Part shown: piece by piece, positions 39,669 to 56,917 of the stretch
How the letters are laid out: each line of letters starts with the position of its first letter
How positions within the stretch are numbered: the stretch's first letter is position 1
From: the human T2T-CHM13v2.0 reference genome, Homo sapiens
Reading direction: 5' to 3'
Length of the DNA: 64,000 nucleotides
Assembly: GCA_009914755.4 (NCBI GenBank)
Contig: CP086569.2
Location: 31,040,001 to 31,104,000, forward strand
Translations under genes and position numbers: made by a program
Notes under the pieces: model-generated
What the model was told of the DNA's origin: nothing
The model's database searches: none
Seen by the model: only the letters and a program-made list of their open reading frames with translations

Positions 39669-39991
<323 letters not shown>

Positions 39992-42111
39992 ATTTTTTAA
40001 ATGAAAAAAAATTTCAAAGGTACTCTGCTTGGTACAATAATCAAATGTATAAACTGAGGAATAAAACATAACCATGAAACCTACTTATAACTGCATATGG
40101 AAAATACAGAGGATAATTTTTTAAATAACATATTTTGAAAGCCTTAACTAGTAATTTGAAGAGTTGGCATTTGAAAGGCCAGTATGAATATACCTTCAAA
40201 GCAGCAACACAGGTTCCCCATGAGAAAAAGCAAACACAGGGAAAATAAAAACACAAAGGTTCAATCTCTTCTGACCTTTGAAAGACACAGCACAGACAGT
40301 GGTCCTTAGGACGAAGAGCAGGAGACCCCTAATTCCGTCACCATGGCGATAGGGCATAAACATTGCTGGGTGAGGGCACAATCCACATTGTGAGGTCCAA
40401 CTGCTGCCAGGAAGACAGGAGTGCTTTTACATAGACCGAAAGGTCATTGAAGGCTCAGAGTTTTGTTTCAAGAACTGAATCCCAAGCCCACACGTTATTA
40501 GGCTGCGCTTCTTAAAACAAGTTATGAGATGGGAAAAAGGGCACCCACAAACATACGTATACATTATGTATATAATAATATACAGTGTCATATATATAAT
40601 ATATATAACCTATGTATAATATTGTTTTACATCCTGCATCTTATGTTATATATATTGTATAAAATATAATAATTGATAATATATAAGTTTTATATTTATA
40701 CAATATGACATATAGTATATATTATAATTTATGACATATATAATATATGTTATATGTCATATATAGAATATATTATACGGTTAATATACGTATTAAATAT
40801 AAATTATACATTATATATATTATATATAATATATCTGTTATATATAATACCCATTATGCATAATATATATATTATGTCTATGTTATATATAGTATAAAAC
40901 AACATATAATAATATATAATTGTATATATTAAATGCGACATATAATATATATTATATTTTATAACATATGTAATATATATTATATATTATATATAATACG
41001 TTGTATGTATAATACCTATATTAAATATATATTATATGACTATGTTATTAATTACATGTCGCATGTGTTATATATTATATATTTTACATAGAATATACCG
41101 GTTACATACAATATATACTATGTTACCTATAATGTATAATTTATTACATGTAAAATAAAGAATGCAATATATTATGTATAATTTATAATATACAATATGT
41201 GGAATGTGATATATATAACATATAATATATGATATATGATATACAGTATATGATATATAACATACAATATATGATTCCTAATATATATGGTATACAATAT
41301 ATATTTTATGATATGTATTCTATATGTTTTATATTCTGTTATATATAACTATTTGAAATTATATATAACTGTATAATATTTTATGTAAATATGTAATATA
41401 ATATATATAACTATATAATATATTATATATAACTATATATTATGTTATATATACTTTTATAACATAATTTACATAAAATATCATAATATAATATATATTA
41501 TATTATTTCATATTACATAATATATATTACATATCACCCAATATAACTAACATACATAATATTATAATATAGATTATATTGTGTTATATTAAATATCATA
41601 TATATCATGTATCATATATTCTATAATATATATTACACATTATATAATATGTACGTTGTCTATTATGTGATATATATAACTCTATATATAATTATATTTT
41701 TATACATATAACTAGATAAACATGTAATTCTACATATTTTCATTTATAATATGTAGAATTATATAATCATATATAATTATTTATATTCTATAAAAAATTT
41801 TATCATTCTATCAATTATAATATATAAAAATTATAATATGTACTACAAATATATATATTATATATCATATATGATATAGAACCTTTGTTATATATCACAA
41901 TACATATAAATGTGTATTATGTTATCTATAATTATATAATTTCATATATAAGATGTATAATATGTATCATATATTATATATGTTATGTAATATATATAGT
42001 ATATATAAGATGACACAGGATAAATATTATATACTATGACATATAAAATATATGAGGTTATATGTTACATATAAGGCATAGCACATAACATGTAATATAT
42101 ATCATATATAA

Positions 42112-42411
42112 TTTTTTTTTAGACAGAATCTTGTCCTGTTGCACAGGGTGGGGTACAATGGCGCCATCTTTGCTCACTGCAACTTCTGCCTCACGGGACC
42201 AAGCGATTGTCCTCCCTCAGCCTCCCAGGTAGCTGGGACTACACCACACTGGGACTACACCAGCTGCCACCATGCCTAGCTAATTTTTTGGATTTTTAGT
42301 AGTGACAGCGTTTCACTGTATTGGCCAGGATGGTCTTGATCTCTTCACCTTGTGATCCCCTTGCCTTGGCCTCCAAATTTGCTGGGATTACAGGCCTGAG
42401 CCAAGATCCAT
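42112..42411 (-). mobile_element. Alu copy 18 (B, Z).
   Basis: Periodic copy. Confidence 0.95.
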
Positions 42412-44531
42412 ATTTTTTAAATGAAAAACAATTTCAAAGGTACTCTGCTTGGTACAATAATCAAATGTATAAACTGAGGAATAAAACATAACCATGAAAC
42501 CTACTTATAACTGCATATGGAAAATACAGAGGATAATTTTTTAAATAACATATTTTGAAAGCCTTAACTAGTAATTTGAAGAGTTGGCATTTGAAAGGCC
42601 AGTATGAATATACCTTCAAAGCAGCAACACAGGTTCCCCATGAGAAAAAGCAAACACAGGGAAAATAAAAACACAAAGGTTCAATCTCTTCTGACCTTTG
42701 AAAGACACAGCACAGACAGTGGTCCTTAGGACGAAGAGCAGGAGACCCCTAATTCCGTCACCATGGCGATAGGGCATAAACATTGCTGGGTGAGGGCACA
42801 ATCCACATTGTGAGGTCCAACTGCTGCCAGGAAGACAGGAGTGCTTTTACATAGACCGAAAGGTCATTGAAGGCTCAGAGTTTTGTTTCAAGAACTGAAT
42901 CCCAAGCCCACACGTTATTAGGCTGCGCTTCTTAAAACAAGTTATGAGATGGGAAAAAGGGCACCCACAAACATACGTATACATTATGTATATAATAATA
43001 TACAGTGTCATATATATAATATATATAACCTATGTATAATATTGTTTTACATCCTGCATCTTATGTTATATATATTGTATAAAATATAATAATTGATAAT
43101 ATATAAGTTTTATATTTATACAATATGACATATAGTATATATTATAATTTATGACATATATAATATATGTTATATGTCATATATAGAATATATTATACGG
43201 TTAATATACGTATTAAATATAAATTATACATTATATATATTATATATAATATATCTGTTATATATAATACCCATTATGCATAATATATATATTATGTCTA
43301 TGTTATATATAGTATAAAACAACATATAATAATATATAATTGTATATATTAAATGCGACATATAATATATATTATATTTTATAACATATGTAATATATAT
43401 TATATATTATATATAATACGTTGTATGTATAATACCTATATTAAATATATATTATATGACTATGTTATTAATTACATGTCACATGTGTTATATATTATAT
43501 ATTTTACATAGAATATACCGGTTACATACAATATATACTATGTTACCTATAATGTATAATTTATTACATGTAAAATAAAGAATGCAATATATTATGTATA
43601 ATTTATAATATACAATATGTGGAATGTGATATATATAACATATAATATATGATATATGATATCCAGTATATGATATATAACATACAATATATGATTCCTA
43701 ATATATATGGTATACAATATATATTTTATGATATGTATTCTATATGTTTTATATTCTGTTATATATAACTATTTGAAATTATATATAACTGTATAATATT
43801 TTATGTAAATATGTAATATAATATATATAACTATATAATATATTATATATAACTATATATTATGTTATATATACTTTTATAACATAATTTACATAACATA
43901 TCATAATATAATATATATTATATTATTTCATATTACATAATATATATTACATATCACCCAATATAACTAACATACATAATATTATAATATAGATTATATT
44001 GTGTTATATTAAATATCATATATATCATGTATCATATATTCTATAATATATATTACACATTATATAATATGTATGTTGTCTATTATGTGATATATATAAC
44101 TATATATATAATTATATTTTTATACATATAACTAGATAAACATGTAATTCTACATATTTTCATTTATAATATGTAGAATTATATAATCATATATAATTAT
44201 TTATATTCTATAAAAAATTTTATCATTCTATAAATTATAATATATAAAAATTATAATATGTACTTCAAATATATATATTATATATCATATATGCTATAGT
44301 TCCTTTGTTATATATCATAATACATATAAATGTGTATTATGTTATCTATAATTATATAATTTCATATATAAGTTGAATAATATGTATCATATATTATATA
44401 TGTTATGTAATATATATAGTATATATAAGATGACACAGGATAAATATTATATACTATGACATATAAAATATATGAGGTTATATGTTACATATAAGGCATA
44501 GCACATAACATGTAATATATATCATATAGAA

Positions 44532-44831
44532 TTTTTTTTTAGACAGAATCTTGTCCTGTTGCACAGGGTGGGGTCCAATGGCGCCATCTTTGCTCACTGC
44601 AACTTCTGCCTCACGGGTCCAAGCGATTGTCCTCCCTCAGCCTCCCAGGTAGCTGGGACTACACCACACTGGGACTACACCAGCTGCCACCATGCCTAGC
44701 TAATTTTTTGGATTTTTAGTAGTGACAGCGTTTCACTGTATTGGCCAGGATGGTCTTGATCTCTTCACCTTGTGATCCCCTTGCCTTGGCCTCCAAATTT
44801 GCTGGGATTACAGGCCTGAGCCAAGATCCAT
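44532..44831 (-). mobile_element. Alu copy 19 (B, X; matches copy 12).
   Basis: Periodic copy. Confidence 0.95.
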
Positions 44832-46944
44832 ATTTTTTAAATGAAAAACAATTTCAAAGGTACTCTGCTTGGTACAATAATCAAATGTATAAACTGAGGA
44901 ATAAAACATAACCATGAAACCTACTTATAACTGCATATGGAAAATACAGAGGATAATTTTTTAAATAACATATTTTGAAAGCCTTAACTAGTAATTTGAA
45001 GAGTTGGCATTTGAAAGGCCAGTATGAATATACCTTGAAAGCAGCAACACAGGTTCCCCGTGAGAAAAAGCAAACACAGGGAAAATAAAAACACAAAGGT
45101 TCAATCTCTTCTGACCTTTGAAAGACACAGCACAGACAGTGGTCCTTAGGACGAAGAGCAGGAGACCCCTAATTCCGTCACCATGGCGATAGGGCATAAA
45201 CATTGCTGGGTGAGGGCACAATCCACATTGTGAGGTCCAACTGCTGCCAGGAAGACAGGAGTGCTTTTACATAGACCGAAAGGTCATTGAAGGCTCAGAG
45301 TTTTGTTTCAGGAACTGAATCCCAAGCCCACACGTTATTAGGCTGCGCTTCTTAAAACAAGTTATGAGATGGGAAAAAGGGCACCCACAAACATACGTAT
45401 ACATTATGTATATAATAATATACAGTATCATATATATAATATATATAACCTATGTATAATATTGTTTTACATCCTGCATCTTATGTTATATATATTGTAT
45501 AAAATATAATAATTGATAATATATAAGTTTTATATTTATACAATATGACATATAGTATATATTATAATTTATGACATATATAATATATGTTATATGTCAT
45601 ATATAGAATATATTATACGGTTAATATACGTATTAAATATAAATTATACATTATATATATTATATATAATATATCTGTTATATATAATACCCATTATGCA
45701 TAATATATATATTATGTCTATGTTATATATAGTATAAAACAACATATAATAATATATAATTGTATATATAAAATGCGACATATAATATATATTATATTTT
45801 ATAACATATGTAATATATATTATATATAATACGTTGTATGTATAATACCTATATTAAATATATATTATATGACTATGTTATTAATTACATGTCACATGTG
45901 TTATATATTATATATTTTACATAGAATATACCGGTTACATACAATATATACTATGTTACCTATAATGTATAATTTATTACATGTAAAATAAAGAATGCAA
46001 TATATTATGTAAAATTTATAATATACCATATGTGGAATGTGATATATATAACATATAATATATGATATATGATATACAGTATATGATATATAACATACAA
46101 TATATGATTCCTAATATATATGGTATACAATATATATTTTATGATATGTATTCTATATGTTTTATATTCTGTTATATATAACTATTTGAAATTATATATA
46201 ACTGTATAATATTTTATGTAAATATGAAATATAATATATATAACTATATAATATATTATATATAACTATATATTATGTTATATATACTTTTATAACATAA
46301 TTTACATAAAATATCATAATATAATATATATTATATTATTTCATATTACATAATATATATTACATATCACCCAATATAACTAACATACATAATATTATAA
46401 TATAGATTATATTGTGTTATATTAAATATCATATATATCATGTATCATATATTCTATAATATATATTACACATTATATATTATGTATGTTGTCTATTATG
46501 TGATATATATAACTATATATATAATTATATTTTTATACATATAACTAGATAAACATGTAATTCTACATATTTTCATTTATAATATGTAGAATTATATAAT
46601 CATATATAATTATTTATATTCTATAAAAAATTTTATCATTCTATAAATTATAATATATAAAAATTATAATATGTACTACAAATATATATATTATATATCA
46701 TATATGCTCTAGTACCTTTGTTATATATCATAATACATATAAATGTGTATTATGTTATCTATAATTATATAATTTCATATATAAGTTGTATAATATGTAT
46801 CATATATTATATATGTTATGTAATATATATAGTATATATAAGATGACACAGGATAAATATTATATACTATGACATATAAAATATATGAGGTTATATGTTA
46901 CATATAAGGCATAGCACATAACATGTAATATATATCATATATAA

Positions 46945-47244
46945 TTTTTTTTTAGACAGAATCTTGTCCTGTTGCACAGGGTGGGGTACAATGGCGCCAT
47001 CTTTGCTCACTGCAACTTCTGCCTCACGGGTCCAAGCGATTGTCCTCACTCAGCCTCCCAGGTAGCTGGGACTACACCACACTGGGACTACACCAGCTGC
47101 CACCATGCCTAGCTAATTTTTTGGATTTTTAGTAATGACAGCGTTTCACTGTATTGGCCAGGATGGTCTTGATCTCTTCACCTTGTGATCCCCTTGCCTT
47201 GGCCTCCAAATTTGCTGGGATTACAGGCCTGAGCCAAGATCCAT
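46945..47244 (-). mobile_element. Alu copy 20 (B, Y; matches copy 13).
   Basis: Periodic copy. Confidence 0.95.
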
Positions 47245-49364
47245 ATTTTTTAAATGAAAAAAAATTTCAAAGGTACTCTGCTTGGTACAATAATCAAATG
47301 TATAAACTGAGGAATAAAACATAACCATGAAACCTACTTATAACTGCATATGGAAAATACAGAGGATAATTTTTTAAATAACATATTTTGAAAGCCTTAA
47401 CTAGTAATTTGAAGAGTTGGCATTTGAAAGGCCAGTATGAATATACCTTCAAAGCAGCAACACAGGTTCCCCATGAGAAAAAGCAAACACAGGGAAAATA
47501 AAAACACAAAGGTTCAATCTCTTCTGACCTTTGAAAGACACAGCACAGACAGTGGTCCTTAGGACGAAGAGCAGGAGACCCCTAATTCCGTCACCATGGC
47601 GATAGGGCATAAACATTGCTGGGTGAGGGCACAATCCACATTGTGAGGTCCAACTGCTGCCAGGAAGACAGGAGTGCTTTTACATAGACCGAAAGGTCAT
47701 TGAAGGCTCAGAGTTTTGTTTCAAGAACTGAATCCCAAGCCCACACGTTATTAGGCTGCGCTTCTTAAAACAAGTTATGAGATGGGAAAAAGGGCACCCA
47801 CAAACATACGTATACATTATGTATATAATAATATACAGTGTCATATATATAATATATATAACCTATGTATAATATTGTTTTACATCCTGCATCTTATGTT
47901 ATATATATTGTATAAAATATAATAATTGATAATATATAAGTTTTATATTTATACAATATGACATATAGTATATATTATAATTTATGACATATATAATATA
48001 TGTTATATGTCATATATAGAATATATTATACGGTTAATATACGTATTAAATATAAATTATACATTATATATATTATATATAATATATCTGTTATATATAA
48101 TACCCATTATGCATAATATATATATTATGTCTATGTTATATATAGTATAAAACAACATATAATAATATATAATTGTATATATTAAATGCGACATATAATA
48201 TATATTATATTTTATAACATATGTAATATATATTATATATTATATATAATACGTTGTATGTATAATACCTATATTAAATATATATTATATGACTATGTTA
48301 TTAATTACATGTCGCATGTGTTATATATTATATATTTTACATAGAATATACCGGTTACATACAATATATACTATGTTACCTATAATGTATAATTTATTAC
48401 ATGTAAAATAAAGAATGCAATATATTATGTATAATTTATAATATACAATATGTGGAATGTGATATATATAACATATAATATATGATATATGATATACAGT
48501 ATATGATATATAACATACAATATATGATTCCTAATATATATGGTATACAATATATATTTTATGATATGTATTCTATATGTTTTATATTCTGTTATATATA
48601 ACTATTTGAAATTATATATAACTGTATAATATTTTATGTAAATATGTAATATAATATATATAACTATATAATATATTATATATAACTATATATTATGTTA
48701 TATATACTTTTATAACATAATTTACATAAAATATCATAATATAATATATATTATATTATTTCATATTACATAATATATATTACATATCACCCAATATAAC
48801 TAACATACATAATATTATAATATAGATTATATTGTGTTATATTAAATATCATATATATCATGTATCATATATTCTATAATATATATTACACATTATATAA
48901 TATGTATGTTGTCTATTATGTGATATATATAACTCTATATATAATTATATTTTTATACATATAACTAGATAAACATGTAATTCTACATATTTTCATTTAT
49001 AATATGTAGAATTATATAATCATATATAATTATTTATATTCTATAAAAAATTTTATCATTCTATCAATTATAATATATAAAAATTATAATATGTACTACA
49101 AATATATATATTATATATCATATATGATATAGTACCTTTGTTATATATCATAATACATATAAATGTGTATTATGTTATCTATAATTATATAATTTCATAT
49201 ATAAGATGTATAATATGTATCATATATTATATATGTTATGTAATATATATAGTATATATAAGATGACACAGGATAAATATTATATACTATGACACATAAA
49301 ATATATGAGGTTATATGTTACATATAAGGCATAGCACATAACATGTAATATATATCATATATAA

Positions 49365-49664
49365 TTTTTTTTTAGACAGAATCTTGTCCTGTTGCACAGG
49401 GTGGGGTACAATGGCGCCATCTTTGCTCACTGCAACTTCTGCCTCACGGGACCAAGCGATTGTCCTCCCTCAGCCTCCCAGGTAGCTGGGACTACACCAC
49501 ACTGGGACTACACCAGCTGCCACCATGCCTAGCTAATTTTTTGGATTTTTAGTAGTGACAGCGTTTCACTGTATTGGCCAGGATGGTCTTGATCTCTTCA
49601 CCTTGTGATCCCCTTGCCTTGGCCTCCAAATTTGCTGGGATTACAGGCCTGAGCCAAGATCCAT
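49365..49664 (-). mobile_element. Alu copy 21 (B, Z; matches copy 14).
   Basis: Periodic copy. Confidence 0.95.
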
Positions 49665-51784
49665 ATTTTTTAAATGAAAAAAAATTTCAAAGGTACTCTG
49701 CTTGGTACAATAATCAAATGTATAAACTGAGGAATAAAACATAACCATGAAACCTACTTATAACTGCATATGGAAAATACAGAGGATAATTTTTTAAATA
49801 ACATATTTTGAAAGCCTTAACTAGTAATTTGAAGAGTTGGCATTTGAAAGGCCAGTATGAATATACCTTCAAAGCAGCAACACAGGCTCCCCATGAGAAA
49901 AAGCAAACACAGGGAAAATAAAAACACAAAGGTTCAATCTCTTCTGACCTTTGAAAGACACAGCACAGACAGTGGTCCTTAGGACGAAGAGCAGGAGACC
50001 CCTAATTCCGTCACCATGGCGATAGGGCATAAACATTGCTGGGTGAGGGCAAAATCCACATTGTGAGGTCCAACTGCTGCCAGGAAGACAGGAGTGCTTT
50101 TACATAGACCGAAAGGTCATTGAAGGCTCAGAGTTTTGTTTCAAGAACTGAATCCCAAGCCCACACGTTATTAGGCTGCGCTTCTTAAAACAAGTTATGA
50201 GATGGGAAAAAGGGCACCCACAAACATACGTATACATTATGTATATAATAATATACAGTGTCATATATATAATATATATAACCTATGTATAATATTGTTT
50301 TACATCCTGCATCTTATGTTATATATATTGTATAAAATATAATAATTGATAATATATAAGTTTTATAATTATACAATATGACATATAGTATATATTATAA
50401 TTTATGACATATATAATATATGTTATATATCATATATAGAATATATTATAGGGTTAATATACGTATTAAATATAAATTATACATTATATATATTATATAT
50501 AATATATCTGTTATATATAATACCCATTATGCATAATATATATATTATGTCTATGTTATATATAGTATAAAACAACATATAATAATATATAATTGTATAT
50601 ATAAAATGCGACATATAATATATATTATATTTTATAACATATGTAATATATATTTTATATTATATATAATACGTTGTATGTATAATACCTATATTAAATA
50701 TATATTATATGACTATGTTATTAATTACATGTCACATGTGTTATATATTATATATTTTACATAGAATATACCGGTTACATACAATATATACTATGTTACC
50801 TATAATGTATAATTTATTACATGTAAAATAAAGAATGCAATATATTATGTATAATTTATAATATACAATATGTGGAATGTGATATATATAACATATAATA
50901 TATGATATATGATATACAGTATATGATATATAACATACAATATATGATTCCTAATATATATGGTATACAATATATATTTTATGATATGTATTCTATATGT
51001 TTTATATTCTGTTATATATAACTATTTGAAATTATATATAACTGTATAATATTTTATGTAAATATGTAATATAATATATATAACTATATAATATATTATA
51101 TATAACTATATATTATGTTATATATACTTTTATAACATAATTTACATAAAATATCATAATATAATATATATTATATTATTTCATATTACATAATATATAT
51201 TACATATCACCCAATATAACTAACATACATAATATTATAATATAGATTATATTGTGTTACATTAAATATCATATATATCATGTATCATATATTCTATAAT
51301 ATATATTACACATTATATAATATGTATGTTGTCTATTATGTGATATATATAACTCTATATATAATTATATTTTTATACATATAACTAGATAAACATGTAA
51401 TTCTACATATTTTCATTTATAATATGTAGAATTATATAATCATATATAATTATTTATATTCTATAAAAAATTTTATCATTCTATCAATTATAATATATAA
51501 AAATTATAATATGTACTACAAATATATATATTATATATCATATATGATATAGTACCTTTGTTATATATCATAATACATATAAATGTGTATTATGTTATCT
51601 ATAATTATATAATTTCATATATAAGATGTATAATATGTATCATATATTATATATGTTATGTAATATATATAGTATATATAAGATGACACCGGATAAATAT
51701 TATATACTATGACATATAAAATATATGAGGTTATATGTTACATATAAGGCATAGCACATAACATGTAATATATATCATATATAA

Positions 51785-52084
51785 TTTTTTTTTAGACAGA
51801 ATCTTGTCCTGTTGCACAGGGTGGGGTACAATGGCGCCATCTTTGCTCACTGCAACTTCTGCCTCACGGGACCAAGCGATTGTCGTCCCTCAGCCTCCCA
51901 GGTAGCTGGGACTACACCACACTGGGACTACACCAGCTGCCACCATGCCTAGCTAATTTTTTGGATTTTTAGTAGTGACAGCGTTTCACTGTATTGGCCA
52001 GGATGGTCTTGATCTCTTCACCTTGTGATCCCCTTGCCTTGGCCTCCAAATTTGCTGGGATTACAGGCCTGAGCCAAGATCCAT
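51785..52084 (-). mobile_element. Alu copy 22 (B, Z-like).
   Basis: Periodic copy. Confidence 0.95.
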
Positions 52085-54204
52085 ATTTTTTAAATGAAAA
52101 AAAATTTCAAAGGTACTCTGCTTGGTACAATAATCAAATGTATAAACTGAGGAATAAAACATAACCATGAAACCTACTTATAACTGCATATGGAAAATAC
52201 AGAGGATAATTTTTTAAATAACATATTTTGAAAGCCTTAACTAGTAATTTGAAGAGTTGGCATTTGAAAGGCCAGTATGAATATACCTTCAAAGCAGCAA
52301 CACAGGTTCCCCATGAGAAAAAGCAAACACAGGGAAAATAAAAACACAAAGGTTCAATCTCTTCTGACCTTTGAAAGACACAGCACAGACAGTGGTCCTT
52401 AGGACGAAGAGCAGGAGACCCCTAATTCCGTCACCATGGCGATAGGGCATAAACATTGCTGGGTGAGGGCACAATCCACATTGTGAGGTCCAACTGCTGC
52501 CAGGAAGACAGGAGTGCTTTTACATAGACCGAAAGGTCATTGAAGGCTCAGAGTTTTGTTTCAAGAACTGAATCCCAAGCCCACACGTTATTAGGCTGCG
52601 CTTCTTAAAACAAGTTATGAGATGGGAAAAAGGGCACCCACAAACATACGTATACATTATGTATATAATAATATAGAGTGTCATATATATAATATATATA
52701 ACCTATGTATAATATTGTTTTACATCCTGCATCTTATGTTATATATATTGTATAAAATATAATAATTGATAATATATAAGTTTTATAATTATACAATATG
52801 ACATATATTATATATTATAATTTATGACATATATAATATATGTTATATATCATATATAGAATATATTATAGGGTTAATATACGTATTAAATATAAATTAT
52901 ACATTATATATATTATATATAATATATCTGTTATATATAATACCCATTATGCATAATATATATATTATGTCTATGTTATATATAGTATAAAACAACATAT
53001 AATAATATATAATTGTATATATAAAATGCGACATATAATATATATTATATTTTATAACATATGTAATATATATTATATATTATATATAATACGTTGTATG
53101 TATAATACCTATATTAAATATATATTATATGACTATGTTATTAATTACATGTCACATGTGTTATATATTATATATTTTACATAGAATATACCGGTTACAT
53201 ACAATATATACTATGTTACCTATAATGTATAATTTATTACATGTAAAATAAAGAATGCAATATATTATGTATAATTTATAATATACAATATGTGGAATGT
53301 GATATATATAACATATAATATATGATATATGATATACAGTATATGATATATAACATACAATATATGATTCCTAATATATATGGTATACAATATATATTTT
53401 ATGATATGTATTCTATATGTTTTATATTCTGTTATATATAACTATTTGAAATTATATATAACTGTATAATATTTTATGTAAATATGTAATATAATATATA
53501 TAACTATATAATATATTATATATAACTATATATTATGTTATATATACTTTTATAACATAATTTACATAAAATATCATAATATAATATATATTATATTATT
53601 TCATATTACATAATATATATTACATATCACCCAATATAACTAACATACATAATATTATAATATAGATTATATTGTGTTACATTAAATATCATATATATCA
53701 TGTATCATATATTCTATAATATATATTACACATTATATAATATGTATGTTGTCTATTATGTGATATATATAACTCTATATATAATTATATTTTTATACAT
53801 ATAACTAGATAAACATGTAATTCTACATATTTTCATTTATAATATGTAGAATTATATAATCATATATAATTATTTATATTCTATAAAAAATTTTATCATT
53901 CTATCAATTATAATATATAAAAATTATAATATGTACTACAAATATATATATTATATATCATATATGATATAGTACCTTTGTTATATATCATAATACATAT
54001 AAATGTGTATTATGTTATCTATAATTATATAATTTCATATATAAGATGTATAATATGTATCATATATTATATATGTTATGTAATATATATAGTATATATA
54101 AGATGACACCGGATAAATATTATATACTATGACATATAAAATATATGAGGTTATATGTTACATATAAGGCATAGCACATAACATGTAATATATATCATAT
54201 ATAA

Positions 54205-54504
54205 TTTTTTTTTAGACAGAATCTTGTCCTGTTGCACAGGGTGGGGTACAATGGCGCCATCTTTGCTCACTGCAACTTCTGCCTCACGGGACCAAGCGAT
54301 TGTCCTCCCTCAGCCTCCCAGGTAGCTGGGACTACACCACACTGGGACTACACCAGCTGCCACCATGCCTAGCTAATTTTTTGGATTTTTAGTAGTGACA
54401 GCGTTTCACTGTATTGGCCAGGATGGTCTTGATCTCTTCACCTTGTGATCCCCTTGCCTTGGCCTCCAAATTTGCTGGGATTACAGGCCTGAGCCAAGAT
54501 CCAT
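54205..54504 (-). mobile_element. Alu copy 23 (B, Z-like).
   Basis: Periodic copy. Confidence 0.95.
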
Positions 54505-56617
54505 ATTTTTTAAATGAAAAAAAATTTCAAAGGTACTCTGCTTGGTACAATAATCAAATGTATAAACTGAGGAATAAAACATAACCATGAAACCTACTTA
54601 TAACTGCATATGGAAAATACAGAGGATAATTTTTTAAATAACATATTTTGAAAGCCTTAACTAGTAATTTGAAGAGTTGGCATTTGAAAGGCCAGTATGA
54701 ATATACCTTCAAAGCAGCAACACAGGTTCCCCATGAGAAAAAGCAAACACAGGGAAAATAAAAACACAAAGGTTCAATCTCTTCTGACCTTTGAAAGACA
54801 CAGCACAGACAGTGGTCCTTAGGACGAAGAGCAGGAGACCCCTAATTCCGTCACCATGGCGATAGGGCATAAACATTGCTGGGTGAGGGCACAATCCACA
54901 TTGTGAGGTCCAACTGCTGCCAGGAAGACAGGAGTGCTTTTACATAGACCGAAAGGTCATTGAAGGCTCAGAGTTTTGTTTCAAGAACTGAATCCCAAGC
55001 CCACACGTTATTAGGCTGCGCTTCTTAAAACAAGTTATGAGATGGGAAAAAGGGCACCCACAAACATACGTATACATTATGTATATAATAATATACAGTG
55101 TCATATATATAATATATATAACCTATGTATAATATTGTTTTACATCCTGCATCTTATGTTATATGTATTGTATAAAATATAATAATTGATAATGTATAAG
55201 TTTTATATTTATACAATATGACATATAGTATATATTATAATTTATGAGATATATAATATATGTTATATGTCATATATAGAATATATTATACGGTTAATAT
55301 ACGTATTAAATATAAATTATACATTATATATATTATATATAATATATCTGTTATATATAATACCCATTATGCATAATATATATATTATGTCTATGTTATA
55401 TATAGTATAAAACAACATATAATAATATATAATTGTATATATAAAATGCGACATATAATATATATTATATTTTATAACATATGTAATATATATTATATAT
55501 AATACGTTGTATGTATAATACCTATATTAAATATATATTATATGACTATGTTATTAATTACATGTCACATGTGTTATATATTATATATTTTACATACAAT
55601 ATACCGGTTACATACAATATATACTATGTTACTTATAATGTATAATTTATTACATGTAAAATAAAGAATGCAATATATTATGTATAATTTATAATATACC
55701 ATATGTGGAATGTGATATATATAACATATAATAAATGATATATGATATACAGTATATGATATATAACATACAATATATGATTCCTAATATATATGGTATA
55801 CAATATATATTTTATGATATGTATTCTGTATGTTTTATATTCTGTTATATATAACTATTTGAAATTATATATAACTGTATAATATTTTATGTAAATATGT
55901 AATATAATATATATAACTATATAATATACTATATATAACTATATATTATGTTATATATACTTTTATAACATAATTTACATAAAATATCATAATATAATAT
56001 ATATTATATTATTTCATATTACATAATATATATTACATATCACCCAATATAACTAACATACATAATATTATAATATAGATTATATTGTGTTACATTAAAT
56101 ATCATATATATCATGTATCATATATTCTATAATATATATTACACATTATATAATATGTATGTTGTCTATTATGTGATATATATAACTCTATATATAATTA
56201 TATTTTTATACATATAACTAGATAAACATGTAATTCTACATATTTTCATTTATAATATGTAGAATTATATAATCATATATAATTATTTATATTCTATAAA
56301 AAATTTTATCATTCTATCAATTATAATATATAAAAATTATAATATGTACTACAAATATATATATTATATATCATATATGATATAGTACCTTTGTTATATA
56401 TCATAATACATATAAATGTGTATTATGTTATCTATAATTATATAATTTCATATATAAGATGTATAATATGTATCATATATTATATATGTTATGTAATATA
56501 TATAGTATATATAAGATGACACAAGATAAATATTATATACTATGACATATAAAATATATGAGGTTATATGTTACATATAAGGCATAGCACATAACATGTA
56601 ATATATATCATATATAA

Positions 56618-56917
56618 TTTTTTTTTAGACAGAATCTTGTCCTGTTGCACAGGGTGGGGTACAATGGCGCCATCTTTGCTCACTGCAACTTCTGCCTCAC
56701 GGGACCAAGCGATTGTCCTCCCTCAGCCTCCCAGGTAGCTGGGACTACACCACACTGGGACTACACCAGCTGCCACCATGCCTAGCTAATTTTTTGGATT
56801 TTTAGTAGTGACAGCGTTTCACTGTATTGGCCAGGATGGTCTTGATCTCTTCACCTTGTGATCCCCTTGCCTTGGCCTCCAAATTTGCTGGGATTACAGG
56901 CCTGAGCCAAGATCCAT
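56618..56917 (-). mobile_element. Alu copy 24 (B, Z-like).
   Basis: Periodic copy. Confidence 0.95.

Larger units (their letters stand above)
43530..50830. repeat. Copy 2 of the ~7.3 kb X-Y-Z segment, offset +16,932 bp (7 units).
   Basis: It carries the same private variants: 'tccagtat', 'acatatc', 'gttgaataat', 'gctatagttcc', 'aaacaatttc', 'ccttgaaagc', 'ccccgtgag', 'cctcactcagcc', 'agtaatgacagc', 'cacgggaccaagc', 'cacataaaat', 'ttttataattatac', 'attatagggtta'. Confidence 0.7.
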